Part shown: piece after piece, positions 1 to 8,808 of the stretch
How positions within the stretch are numbered: position 1 is the stretch's first letter
How the letters are laid out: every line of letters starts with the position of its first letter
Source of the DNA: Delftia acidovorans NBRC 14950
Lineage (GTDB): Bacteria; Pseudomonadota; Gammaproteobacteria; Burkholderiales; Burkholderiaceae_C
DNA length: 32,000 nucleotides
Direction: 5' to 3'
NCBI RefSeq assembly: GCF_001598795.1
Contig: NZ_BCZP01000017.1
Location: forward strand, 1-32,000
Notes under the pieces: model-generated
Seen by the model: the letters and a program-made list of their open reading frames with translations, nothing else
Databases searched by the model: none
What the model was told of the DNA's origin: nothing
Translations under genes and position numbers: made by a program

Positions 1-48
1 TTTTTCAACACCAGCGATCTGCATCGCTTCTCTTCAGCAGAGCCTTGC

Positions 49-79
49 ATTGTAGCACGTTTTTTCGCGCTGTCTACAA
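49..79 (-). promoter_or_regulatory. candidate sigma70 promoter (extended -10) firing leftward out of the window
   Basis: Minus strand reads TTGTAG (plus 74-79), 19 nt spacer, TGcTACAAT (plus 49-58). An ATG at 24 (MQIAGVEK...) continues past the left edge. The spacer is long, so activity would rest on the extended -10. Confidence 0.3.
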
Positions 80-309
80 GAATTTTCTGACTCATCGCTG
101 TCTGCAAGGCAGTGTGGCGACGAGGGATCGAACTATAGCATGGGTTTTTACCGATGGCGTGAAATTCGTGAACTTCCTTGCAGACCCGTGAAGAAGCCAC
201 CGCCCCGCCCTCTGAAACCCGCCCGGAGCCTGCCCTGCGGGCAGGCTCCGGGCGGGGAGGCCTTGCTGCCTGCACCAGGAATCGGGCCCGCATAGATAAT
301 GCGCGCACG

Positions 310-2187
310 ATGGCATTGATTACTTTGATAGACGCCCAACTGGCGTTCGGGCATGTGGCGCTTCTCGACCACGCCCAGTTTTCCCTGGAGAGCAGCGAAC
401 GTGTGGGCCTGATCGGTCGAAACGGCGCAGGGAAGTCCTCTTTGTTGAAGATTCTTGGCGGACTGGCCAAGGCCGATGACGGCCAGGTCCAGACGCAGTC
501 CGGTATCCGCATTACTTATGTGGCGCAGGAGCCGGTGCTTGTGCCCGAGCAGACGATCTTCGAGTCGGCGTCCGCCGGCATTGCCGAGGTGATCGCCGTG
601 CGCGAGCGCTATCTGGCGGGTGGCGAGGGCGAGGATCTCGATGCGCTGCAGTCCCAGATCGAGGCCTATGACGCCTGGAATTGGGAGCAGCGCGTGGAAG
701 AGACGCTGCAGCGGCTGCACCTGGATCCCGACGCCCTGGTGGGCACGTTGTCCGGGGGGATGAAGAAGCGCGTTGCGCTTTCCCAGGCGCTGGTGGCCCG
801 TCCTGACGTGCTGCTGCTGGACGAGCCGACCAACCACCTGGACCTGGATGCCATCGAGTGGCTGGAGGAGCTGCTGCTGAACTTCAAGGGCAGCGTGGTG
901 ACCATTACCCACGACCGCTCCTTCCTGGACCGCGTCTCCACGCGCATCGTTGAGCTGGATCGTGGAACGCTGCGCTCCTATCCCGGCAATTTCGTTCAAT
1001 ACCAGCAAACCAAGGAAGATCAGCTGGCCCAGGAAGCCGTGATCAACGCCAAGGCCGACAAGCTGCTGGCCCAGGAGGAGGTGTGGATCCGCAAGGGCGT
1101 GGAGGCGCGCCGCACGCGCAGCCAGAGCCGCATCGGCCGATTGGAGCAGTTGCGGGCCAACCGCGCTGCCCGCCGCGATGTGCTGGGCGGGGTGAAGATG
1201 GACATTGCCTCGGGCCGGGGCGATGGCTACCAGGGCAAGATCGTGGCCGAGCTGACCGATGTGGCCAAGTCCTTTGGCGACAAGCAGATCGTCTCGCATT
1301 TCAGCGCCACCATCCTGCGCGGTGACAAGGTGGGACTGATCGGGCCCAACGGTGCCGGCAAGACGACGCTGCTCAAGATGATTCTGGGCGAACTGGCGCC
1401 TGACAGCGGCAACGTGCGGCTGGGTGCGAATCTGCAGGTGGCTTACTTCGACCAGATGCGGCACCAGATCAATATGGATGCCACGCTGGAGGACTTCATC
1501 AGCCCCGGCAGCGAGTGGATAGAGATCGGCAACCAGAAAAAGCACGTGAAGAGCTATCTGTCGGACTTCCTGTTCTCTCCGGCACGCGCTCACTCTCCTG
1601 TGCGTTCACTGTCCGGCGGCGAGCGCAACCGCCTGCTGCTGGCGCGCCTGTTTGCCCGCCCCGCGAATGTGCTGGTTCTGGACGAGCCCACCAACGACCT
1701 CGATATCGAGACGCTGGAGATGCTGGAAGACCTGCTGCAGAACTACGACGGCACGGTATTCCTGGTCAGCCATGACCGCAGTTTCCTGGACAACGTGGTC
1801 ACCAGCATCATTGCCTGGGAAGGGCCGGGCAAGTGGCGCGAATACGAAGGCGGCGTGCAGGACTGGCTGGACCAGTCGCGCCGCAGCCAGGATCTGGCCG
1901 AGGCTGCACAGCCCAAGCCTGCCAAGGAAGAGGCCAAGCCGACGGCGGTGCGCAGCGACAGCAAGCCCAAGCGCAAGCTCAGCTACAAGGAGCAGCGCGA
2001 GCTCGATCAGTTGCCCGAGACCATTGCATCGCTGGAGGCGGAGCAGAAATCCATTCGCGAGGCCCTCGCCGACGGCTCGCTGTATGCCAACGACAACTCC
2101 CGCGCCGTTCAGTTGCACCAGCGCGATGGCGAGATCGATGAGCAGCTGATGGAGGCACTGGAGCGCTGGAGCGCCTTGTCCGAGTAA
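310..2187 (+). CDS. uup: ABC-F family ATPase, Uup-like (two ABC cassettes, no membrane domain)
   Basis: ORF 178-2187 trimmed to ATG 310 (MALITLIDAQLAF...); the upstream part starts at TTG and is Arg/Pro-rich junk. Two cassettes are present. Walker A: GRNGAGKSS and GPNGAGKTT. Signature: LSGGMKKR and LSGGERNR. Walker B: LLLDEPTNHLD and LVLDEPTNDLD. A charged coiled-coil C-terminal tail is typical of Uup. No clear SD; GATAAT at 295-300 lies only 9 nt before the ATG. Confidence 0.93.
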   Translation: MALITLIDAQLAFGHVALLDHAQFSLESSERVGLIGRNGAGKSSLLKILGGLAKADDGQVQTQSGIRITYVAQEPVLVPEQTIFESASAGIAEVIAVRERYLAGGEGEDLDALQSQIEAYDAWNWEQRVEETLQRLHLDPDALVGTLSGGMKKRVALSQALVARPDVLLLDEPTNHLDLDAIEWLEELLLNFKGSVVTITHDRSFLDRVSTRIVELDRGTLRSYPGNFVQYQQTKEDQLAQEAVINAKADKLLAQEEVWIRKGVEARRTRSQSRIGRLEQLRANRAARRDVLGGVKMDIASGRGDGYQGKIVAELTDVAKSFGDKQIVSHFSATILRGDKVGLIGPNGAGKTTLLKMILGELAPDSGNVRLGANLQVAYFDQMRHQINMDATLEDFISPGSEWIEIGNQKKHVKSYLSDFLFSPARAHSPVRSLSGGERNRLLLARLFARPANVLVLDEPTNDLDIETLEMLEDLLQNYDGTVFLVSHDRSFLDNVVTSIIAWEGPGKWREYEGGVQDWLDQSRRSQDLAEAAQPKPAKEEAKPTAVRSDSKPKRKLSYKEQRELDQLPETIASLEAEQKSIREALADGSLYANDNSRAVQLHQRDGEIDEQLMEALERWSALSE

Positions 2188-2205
2188 GCACCGTGTCGAA
2201 CTGAC

Positions 2206-2237
2206 AAAAAAAAAGAGCGCCATGCGCTCTTTTTTTT
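2206..2237. terminator. bidirectional rho-independent terminator between convergent uup and cheB
   Basis: A9 run (2206-2214), stem AGAGCGC (2214-2220), loop cat, stem GCGCTCT (2224-2230), T8 run (2230-2237). The U-tract is available on both strands. Confidence 0.8.
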
Positions 2238-2267
2238 CATGGAGGCCGCCAGAGCTGGCCGTTCCGC

Positions 2268-3401
2268 TCAGATGCGGTGGTGCACCTGGTCCGAACCTAT
2301 GCGCAGCTTGCCCAGCAAGGCGGCAGCGATCTGGTTGAGGGGCAGCACTTCGTCGGCAGCGCCGTGGGCGATGGCCTCGCGCGGCATGCCGAAGACGATG
2401 CAGCTGGCCTCGTCCTGCACGAGGTTGTAGCTGCCTGCATCGCGCATTTCGCGCATGGCGACCGCACCATCGGCGCCCATGCCGGTGAGCATGATGCCGT
2501 AGGCGTTGCGGCCCGCGCAGGCGGCCACCGACTTGAACAGCACTTCGACCGAAGGCTTGTGGCGATTCACCGGCGGGCTGTCATCGACCACGGCGACATA
2601 GTTGGCGCCGCTGCGCTGCACGGAGAAATGCTTGCCACCCGGGGCGATATAGGCATGACCGGGCAGCAGGCGCTCGCCGTGCTGCGCTTCCTTCACGGTC
2701 ATCTGGCACAGGCTGTTGAGCCGGGCCGCGAAGCTGGTGGTGAAGCCCGGCGGCATGTGCTGGGTGATGACGATGGCCGGGCAGTCGGCCGGCAGATGGG
2801 TGAGCACTTCGCGGATGGCCTCGGTGCCGCCCGTGGAGGCACCGATGGCAACCAGCTTCTCCGTGGAAAGCCGCCCGAGCAGCGACGTCGGTGCAGCCTG
2901 GCGCGGCACGGCCGAACCTGCAGAGGAAGCGACCGGCGCTGCCGCGCTGCCTGCGGCAGAGGCTGCACTGCGAGGAGCGACCGGCAGACGCCGTACCTGG
3001 GCCACGGCAGCAACGCGGATCTTGTCCACGATCTGCGCGGCCAGTTCCTGCAGGCCGTTGGAGACACCCACGCGCGGCTTGGCCACGAAGTCGATGGCGC
3101 CCAGCTCCAGTGCGCGCATGGTGACCTCGGCGCCGCGTTCGGTCAGCGTGGAGATCATGACCACCGGCATGGGACGCAGGCGCATGAGCCGGCCCAGGAA
3201 GTCGATGCCATCCATGCGGGGCATTTCCACGTCGAGCGTGATCACGTCGGGATTCATCTCGCGAATCATTTCGCGTGCGATCAGCGGGTCATTGGCCGAG
3301 CCGATGCATTCCATGTCGTGCTGGCGATTGATGATCTCGGACAGCAGACTGCGCACCAGCGCAGAGTCGTCCACCACGATCACCCTGATTTTCCTGTCCA
3401 T
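2268..3401 (-). CDS. cheB: chemotaxis response regulator protein-glutamate methylesterase CheB
   Basis: N-terminal receiver ([13 protein letters not shown] ... [13 protein letters not shown] ... DFVAKP) and an Ala/Ser/Pro linker. The C-terminal esterase domain has [20 protein letters not shown] and LTGMGADG. Last gene of the che operon. Confidence 0.96.
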   Translation of the reverse strand: MDRKIRVIVVDDSALVRSLLSEIINRQHDMECIGSANDPLIAREMIREMNPDVITLDVEMPRMDGIDFLGRLMRLRPMPVVMISTLTERGAEVTMRALELGAIDFVAKPRVGVSNGLQELAAQIVDKIRVAAVAQVRRLPVAPRSAASAAGSAAAPVASSAGSAVPRQAAPTSLLGRLSTEKLVAIGASTGGTEAIREVLTHLPADCPAIVITQHMPPGFTTSFAARLNSLCQMTVKEAQHGERLLPGHAYIAPGGKHFSVQRSGANYVAVVDDSPPVNRHKPSVEVLFKSVAACAGRNAYGIMLTGMGADGAVAMREMRDAGSYNLVQDEASCIVFGMPREAIAHGAADEVLPLNQIAAALLGKLRIGSDQVHHRI

Positions 3402-3416
3402 TCCTTTGAACCTTCC

Positions 3417-4154
3417 TCAAAACAGGTCGACCGAGCCGCCTGCCGTATTGCGTGCCACGACGGCTGCATTGCCGCGTGTGAATTCCTGCTGTACCAGCTC
3501 CTCCGGATGGGCATGTGCCAGGCGCTTGACCATGGCCTTGCCGCTGGCGGGGAAGAACACCACCTTGCGAGGGTAGATGTCCAGCACATCCTCCGAGACG
3601 ATGGGGATGCGTTCGGTCTGCAGGTACTGCGTGACGAAGGCGGTATTGCGTTCGCCCACGTTCATGGTGGTGAAGTTGTGCATCACCTGCCCGCCGCCGA
3701 AGATCTTGGCCTGCAGCGACTCGCGCCGGGCACCGAGCTTGAGCATTTCGTTGATCAGCAACTCCATGGCGTACGAGCCGTAGCGGCCCGATGCATCGGC
3801 AGAGTCGCCGTCGGGCAGCATGAAATGGTTCATGCCGCCCACGCGCATGGTGCGGTCCCAGATGCAGGCCGAGATGCAAGAGCCCAGCACGGTGACCAGG
3901 ATCACGTCCTCGTTGGAGACAAAGTATTCGCCGGGCAGGACCTTGACGGCGTTGTGCTGGAAATGCGGGTCGTAATAGAAGAACGAAGCCTCGCCAGGGT
4001 AGCGCTGCTGGCGCTTGAGCTGCTCCAGCGAGGAACGCGGCACCGGATCGCCCGGCGCCGGATAGTCTGCAGCGGTATAGCTGTTGATGCGCGGCATGCG
4101 GCGACGCTCCGAGGGCGCCGGTGGCGGTGCGAAGGCAGGGCGGTCTCCGATCAT
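3417..4154 (-). CDS. cheD: chemoreceptor glutamine deamidase CheD (with Pro-rich N-terminal extension)
   Basis: Contains VLPGEYFV, LGSCISACIWD and GGMNHFMLP (CheD Cys/His catalytic context). GGGGG-type RBS about 9 nt before ATG 4154; an alternative start is M20 (4097). Sits between cheR and cheB. Confidence 0.9.
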   Translation of the reverse strand: MIGDRPAFAPPPAPSERRRMPRINSYTAADYPAPGDPVPRSSLEQLKRQQRYPGEASFFYYDPHFQHNAVKVLPGEYFVSNEDVILVTVLGSCISACIWDRTMRVGGMNHFMLPDGDSADASGRYGSYAMELLINEMLKLGARRESLQAKIFGGGQVMHNFTTMNVGERNTAFVTQYLQTERIPIVSEDVLDIYPRKVVFFPASGKAMVKRLAHAHPEELVQQEFTRGNAAVVARNTAGGSVDLF

Positions 4155-4187
4155 GGGAGCACCCCCTGGCGTGCGACAGGACCTGCG

Positions 4188-5078
4188 TCAGCGGCGCTCA
4201 TAGACGGTCTTCCCCTTGAGCGTGAACAGATCGCGCGATTCACTGAAGTTCTCGGCATGCCCGACGAACAACAGGCCACCGGGCTTCATCACGCGGTGGA
4301 TGCGCTCCAACACGCGGCGCTGCGTGGCCGCGTCGAAGTAGATCATCACGTTGCGGCAGAAGACCACGTCGAAGGGGTCACGGAACGGCCAGTCGTCACG
4401 GATCAGGTTGACGTTGAGAAACTCCACCAGGCGGCGCAGTTCGGGCTTGACGCGCACCAGGCCCGCATTGCCGGCCTTGCCCCGCAGGAAGAAGCGGTGC
4501 AGGCGCTCGGCGCTCATGCCCTTGATGCTTTCGGCGCGGTAGACGCCGGCCGATGCCGTGTCCAGCACGCGCGAGTCGATGTCGCTGGCCTGCAGTTGGA
4601 AGCTGGGCGTGGCACCCAGCGCTTCCAGCGCCGTCATGACGATGGAGTAAGGCTCTTCCCCGGTCGAGGCCGCATTGCACCAGACCTTCCAGGCCGTGCC
4701 GGCCGGCTTGCTGCGCAGATGCTGGGCAAAGATCTCGAAATGGTGCTGCTCGCGAAAGAACGCCGTGAGATTGGTGGTCAGCGCGTTCACGAACTCCTGC
4801 CACTCCACGCCGTCGGACTGCGACTCCAGCCAGTCCAGGTAGGTGGAGAAGCTGTCGTAGCCCGTCTCGCGCAGGCGCCGCGACAGGCGGCTGTAGACCA
4901 TGGCGTGCTTGCCATCGTGCAGGCTGATGCCGGCCCGCTGGTAGATCAGCGCCTGTACGCGGGCAAAGTCCCGCGACGACCATTCGAATTCGCGCCCCTG
5001 GGCCAGGGGCCCGTTGGCATCCCCGTCGTCGGCGACGGGACGTGCGGCCAGTGCCGCATTGGATGAGCCGGATCGCAT
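4188..5078 (-). CDS. cheR: chemotaxis protein methyltransferase CheR
   Basis: N-terminal helical CheR domain (FARVQALIYQRAGISL). The SAM-dependent methyltransferase domain has VWCNAASTGEEPYSI and VVFCRNVMIYFD. Confidence 0.95.
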   Translation of the reverse strand: MRSGSSNAALAARPVADDGDANGPLAQGREFEWSSRDFARVQALIYQRAGISLHDGKHAMVYSRLSRRLRETGYDSFSTYLDWLESQSDGVEWQEFVNALTTNLTAFFREQHHFEIFAQHLRSKPAGTAWKVWCNAASTGEEPYSIVMTALEALGATPSFQLQASDIDSRVLDTASAGVYRAESIKGMSAERLHRFFLRGKAGNAGLVRVKPELRRLVEFLNVNLIRDDWPFRDPFDVVFCRNVMIYFDAATQRRVLERIHRVMKPGGLLFVGHAENFSESRDLFTLKGKTVYERR

Positions 5079-5104
5079 GAGGGCGCTCAGTGCAAGAGCG
5101 GGTC

Positions 5105-5593
5105 TCAGTCGACCGAGGCGACCAGGCCCATGTCCACGTTGTTCATGAGCTTTTCGATGTCCAGCAGGATGAGCATGCGCTCGCCCACGGAACCCAGGCC
5201 CAGAATGCAGCCGCTGTCGATGGCGCTTTCGATGTCCGGCGCGGGGCGCACGGCTTCGGGAGCCAGTTCCATCACGTCGCTGACCGAGTCCACCACGATG
5301 CCCACCACGCGGTTGCGCAGGTTCAGGATGATGACGACGGTGAAGCTGTTGTATTCCACCTGGGAGCAGTTGAACTTCAGCCGCATGTCCACGATGGGCA
5401 CGATGGTGCCGCGCAGATTGACCACGCCCTTGATGAATTCCGGCGCATTGGCGATGCGGGTCGGCGGCTCGTAGCCGCGGATTTCCTGCACCTTCAGGAT
5501 GTCGATGCCGTATTCCTCCTGGTCCAGGCGGAAGGTCAGGTACTCGCGCGCGCCGGTGGCGACGCCTTCTGCGGTCTTAGCGATCACGCTCAT
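5105..5593 (-). CDS. cheW: chemotaxis coupling protein CheW
   Basis: 162 aa single CheW domain ([23 protein letters not shown] ... [15 protein letters not shown]). GAGGAG RBS 7 nt upstream of the ATG. Confidence 0.96.
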   Translation of the reverse strand: MSVIAKTAEGVATGAREYLTFRLDQEEYGIDILKVQEIRGYEPPTRIANAPEFIKGVVNLRGTIVPIVDMRLKFNCSQVEYNSFTVVIILNLRNRVVGIVVDSVSDVMELAPEAVRPAPDIESAIDSGCILGLGSVGERMLILLDIEKLMNNVDMGLVASVD

Positions 5594-5708
5594 TGCTCAG
5601 CTCCTCAACTGTCGGGCCCGCGCCGTGGTGGCGAAGGCCATGGTTTCTTGGCGGCGCGCAGGCACTGCCTGCGGCGCCGTCGATTGTGGTCAGGTATCCC
5701 TGTCCCGT

Positions 5709-7907
5709 TCAGTGGCGTGCACGACGCACCAGCGCGCCGGTGTCCAGAATCAGCGCCACCGTGCCATCGCCCAGGATGGTGGCGCCCGAAACGTTGGGCA
5801 CCTTGCGGTAGTTCGATTCAAGGTTCTTGACCACCACCTGGTGCTGGCCCAGCAACTCGTCGACCAGCAGGGCCACGCGGCTGCCGTCGGACTCGACCAC
5901 CACCATGATGTTGCTGGACTGGCTGGTGTCGCTGCGCGGCACGCGGAAGGTCTTTTCCAGCGCGAACACGGGCATGTACTCGTCACGCACCTTGACCAGT
6001 TGCGTGCCGTTGGCCACGGTGTTCACGTCTTCGGCCTTGACCAGGAAGGACTCGACTACCGAGGACAGCGGCAGGATGTAGACCTCGTCGCTGACGCCGA
6101 CCGACATGCCATCCATGATGGCCAGGGTCAGTGGCAGGCGAACGGCCACGCGCATGCCCTTGCCCTGGGTGGACTCGATCTCGACCGAGCCGCCCAGCGC
6201 CGCGATATTGCGCTTGACCACGTCCATGCCCACGCCGCGCCCGGACACGTCGGTGACGACGTCGGCCGTGGAGAAGCCCGGCGCGAAGATCAGTTGCCAG
6301 ACCTCCTGATCGGGCATGTTGTCCGAGACATCCATGCCGCGCTCGCGGGCCTTCTGGAGAATCCGCTCGCGGTTCATGCCGCGCCCGTCGTCGCGCACCT
6401 CGATGACGATAGAGCCGCCCTGATGGGAGGCTGCCAGCGTCAGCGTGCCGTGCTCGGACTTGCCGGCCGCCAGGCGGTCCTCGGGCATTTCGATGCCGTG
6501 GTCCACGCTGTTGCGCACCAGATGGGTCAGCGGGTCGGTGATCTTTTCGACCAGTCCCTTGTCCAGCTCCGTGGCCTCGCCCAGCGTGATCAGGTCGATC
6601 TTCTTGCCCAGCTTGCCGGCCAGGTCGCGCAGCATGCGCGGGAAACGGCTGAACACGGTGGACATGGGAATCATGCGGATGGACATCACCGATTCCTGCA
6701 GATCGCGCGTATTGCGATCCAGGTCGGCCAGGCCTGCCAGCAGTTGCTGGTAGGCCGATGCGTCCAGTCCGTGGCTGTTTTGCGCCAGCATGGCCTGGGT
6801 GATGACCAACTCGCCCACCAGGTTGATGAGCTGGTCGACCTTGGACACCGACACGCGGATGCTGGTGGACTCCATCTGCGCCTGCTGCGTCTGGGCCGCC
6901 GTCTTGGCGGCGGGCTTGGCCACGGCGCCGGCCGGCTGGATGGCCAGCGCGCCATCGGCCTGGGGCATGCCGGGTGCGCCGTTGAAGAAGCCATAGGCCT
7001 CATCGGCAGGCGGAATGGCGGCCGAGGCCAGGGCGGCATCGGGGTCGTGCGCATGCTCTTCAGCGGCCGGAGCTTGCGCCGCCACCGCTGCGGGTGCTGC
7101 CTCGGCAGAGGCTCCGGCCGCCGTGATGCGGACCTGCTCCTTGGCCACGTGGAAGGCGAACAGATCGAGCAGGTCGTCGTCGGTGGACGAGGTCTGCACG
7201 TCAAAGAGGCGGCTTTGCGGCTGATCGCAGGCCAGGTCCTCGATGCGTCCCAGACCGGGAATGTCGCGGAACAGCTCCTTGATGGCCTCGGCCATCTCCA
7301 GGCGCTCCAGCGGACCGATCAGGATATGCAGCGAACGTCCGCCGCTGCTGGGTGCCGTGCCGACGGCGCGGCCCGAGACAGGTGCTGCAGCAACCGGGGC
7401 CGGAGCCTGCGCTGGCGCAGCCACAGGGGCTGGAGCTGGGGTCGGTGCGGGAGCCAGCGCTGCCGCTGCAGGTACGGCGCTGCGGCCTTCCGCCAGCGTC
7501 TCGATGCGTGCCACCAGATCCGTGGTGGACAGGGCCTCGCCCTCGTTGCCGGCCTGGTGGCGTGCCAGCAGGCTGCGGCTGGCATCAGCCGACTCCAGCA
7601 ACACATCGACCATCTCCGGAATCGGTGTGATCTCGTGCCGGCGCAGCCGGTCGAGCAGCGACTCCATGCGGTGTGTCAGCTCGGTCACGTCGGCAAAGCC
7701 GAAGGTGGCCGCCCCGCCCTTGATCGAGTGCGCGCATCGGAAGATGCCGTTGAGTTCCTCGTCATTGGCCGCTGACAGATCCAGATTCAGCAGCATCTGC
7801 TCCATCTGGTCGAGGTTCTCGGCCGCTTCTTCGAAGAAGATTTGATAGAACTGGCTCAGGTCGAAGTCTGCGCCCGCTCCTGCCCCATCCTGGTGTAGAT
7901 CCGCCAT
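5709..7907 (-). CDS. cheA: chemotaxis histidine kinase CheA
   Basis: Hpt/P1 with FRCAHSIKGGAATFGF, then a long Ala/Pro linker and dimerisation region (IRVSVSKVDQLINLVGELVI). Kinase core has HLVRNSVDHGIE, VRDDGRGM and GRGVGMDVV. C-terminal CheW-like P5 domain. Confidence 0.97.
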   Translation of the reverse strand: MADLHQDGAGAGADFDLSQFYQIFFEEAAENLDQMEQMLLNLDLSAANDEELNGIFRCAHSIKGGAATFGFADVTELTHRMESLLDRLRRHEITPIPEMVDVLLESADASRSLLARHQAGNEGEALSTTDLVARIETLAEGRSAVPAAAALAPAPTPAPAPVAAPAQAPAPVAAAPVSGRAVGTAPSSGGRSLHILIGPLERLEMAEAIKELFRDIPGLGRIEDLACDQPQSRLFDVQTSSTDDDLLDLFAFHVAKEQVRITAAGASAEAAPAAVAAQAPAAEEHAHDPDAALASAAIPPADEAYGFFNGAPGMPQADGALAIQPAGAVAKPAAKTAAQTQQAQMESTSIRVSVSKVDQLINLVGELVITQAMLAQNSHGLDASAYQQLLAGLADLDRNTRDLQESVMSIRMIPMSTVFSRFPRMLRDLAGKLGKKIDLITLGEATELDKGLVEKITDPLTHLVRNSVDHGIEMPEDRLAAGKSEHGTLTLAASHQGGSIVIEVRDDGRGMNRERILQKARERGMDVSDNMPDQEVWQLIFAPGFSTADVVTDVSGRGVGMDVVKRNIAALGGSVEIESTQGKGMRVAVRLPLTLAIMDGMSVGVSDEVYILPLSSVVESFLVKAEDVNTVANGTQLVKVRDEYMPVFALEKTFRVPRSDTSQSSNIMVVVESDGSRVALLVDELLGQHQVVVKNLESNYRKVPNVSGATILGDGTVALILDTGALVRRARH

Positions 7908-7946
7908 CTTTGGTCCTGCTGTTTCCTGTTGCCCGTACTTATCGGC

Positions 7947-8309
7947 TCAACGCATTACTTTCTGAATGACTTCGATCAAACGGTTTGGATCGAAGGGCTT
8001 GACCAGCCAGCCCGTGGCGCCCGCGGCGCGTCCGGCCTGCTTCATCTGATCGCTGGATTCGGTGGTGAGAATGAGAATCGGCGTGTTCTGGAACTTGGGG
8101 TCTTCGCGCAGCTTGCGGGTCAGACCGATGCCATCCAGACGCGGCATGTTCTGGTCGGCCAGCACCAGGTCGACTTGTTCGAGCTGTGCCTTCTCGAGCG
8201 CATCCACGCCGTCAACCGCCTCCACAACGCGAAATCCCGCCCCTGCGAGGGTGAACGCCACCATCTTTCGCATCGAGGGGGAATCATCAACAGCCAGAAT
8301 CGATCGCAT
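7947..8309 (-). CDS. cheY: chemotaxis response regulator CheY
   Basis: Single receiver domain (ILAVDDSPSMRK ... LVLADQNMPRLDG ... WLVKPF). The ORF-track start at 8321 is TTG. ATG 8309 is preceded by GGAG at 6 nt spacing, so 8309 is preferred. Confidence 0.93.
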   Translation of the reverse strand: MRSILAVDDSPSMRKMVAFTLAGAGFRVVEAVDGVDALEKAQLEQVDLVLADQNMPRLDGIGLTRKLREDPKFQNTPILILTTESSDQMKQAGRAAGATGWLVKPFDPNRLIEVIQKVMR

Positions 8310-8361
8310 GTATAGCTCCAACAGACGGGCAATAAAAGGTAGAAGAGTGCATGGTCAGCGG

Positions 8362-8808
8362 TCAGAACAGCTCGACCGAGCCAGCATCCATCTCGCTTTG
8401 CGTGACGGGATTGGGCCGGTCGGGTATCGCCGGCAGGCCCAGGGAATCGTCCTCCCCCTCGTCCACGCCCATGGTGGCTGCGGCCAACTGGAACGCGCAG
8501 CCTTGCAAAATCTTCGTAATATGGGCGATCAACTGGGAGGACATGTCGTGAAACTGCAACTCGGTCACCGCCAACCGAAGCGTGGACCGCGCGGCGTCCA
8601 GCTCGGGCAAGGCGCCTAGCGCCTCACCGGCCAGCTGGCCGTGGGTCTCGTCGAAACGGTCCAGCAGGTTCTGCGTTGCATGATTGAGAAGGCCTTCCAG
8701 GCGCTGCAGATCGCGCATCGCCACCAGCAAGGCATCCTGCAGGTCTGCGGCCACCATGACGGGCATGGGGACGGCAGGCTCGCCCGAAGGCTTGTGCATT
8801 GACTGCAT
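8362..8808 (-). CDS. short CheZ-like protein (putative CheY-P phosphatase), first gene of the che operon
   Basis: 148 aa, predicted two-helix hairpin. VTELQFHDMSSQLIAHITKIL resembles the E. coli CheZ active-site helix (QDFQDLTGQVI) and keeps the D-x3-Q spacing. Acidic linker and C-terminal ...EMDAGSVELF tail. GGTGGAG RBS 5 nt before ATG 8808. The assignment is by motif only. Confidence 0.55.
   Translation of the reverse strand: MQSMHKPSGEPAVPMPVMVAADLQDALLVAMRDLQRLEGLLNHATQNLLDRFDETHGQLAGEALGALPELDAARSTLRLAVTELQFHDMSSQLIAHITKILQGCAFQLAAATMGVDEGEDDSLGLPAIPDRPNPVTQSEMDAGSVELF

Noticed and set aside
113-190. Possible tRNA gene on the minus strand (TGGCGACGAGGGATCGAAC looks like the reverse complement of a tRNA 3' end)
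   Set aside because: Only the T-loop, 3' T-stem and 3' acceptor strand can be laid out. The 5' T-stem (CTATA against CCTCG) does not pair, and no D-arm, anticodon arm or 5' acceptor strand exists. It is kept only as a low-interest att-scar idea.
148-1593. 481-aa minus-strand ORF, and the 92-316 minus ORF, opposite uup
   Set aside because: They lie antisense to a clear ABC-F gene and have low-complexity translations, with no RBS or motif support.
7340-7480. Repetitive GC-rich DNA in cheA encoding APAPTPAPAPVAAPAQAPAPVAAAP
   Set aside because: This is a typical flexible Ala/Pro linker between CheA domains. It is in frame and is not an independent repeat element or a frameshift site.
2277-7775. 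Very long + strand ORFs (2277-5066, 929 aa; 5499-7775, 758 aa; also 2716-3576 and 5090-5830) overlapping the che operon
   Set aside because: They lie antisense to cheB/D/R/W/A, all of which have unmistakable catalytic motifs. Their translations are Arg/Ala/Gly/His/Asp-rich low-complexity strings with no recognisable motifs. This is the usual stop-codon-poor shadow frame of a 65% GC genome.
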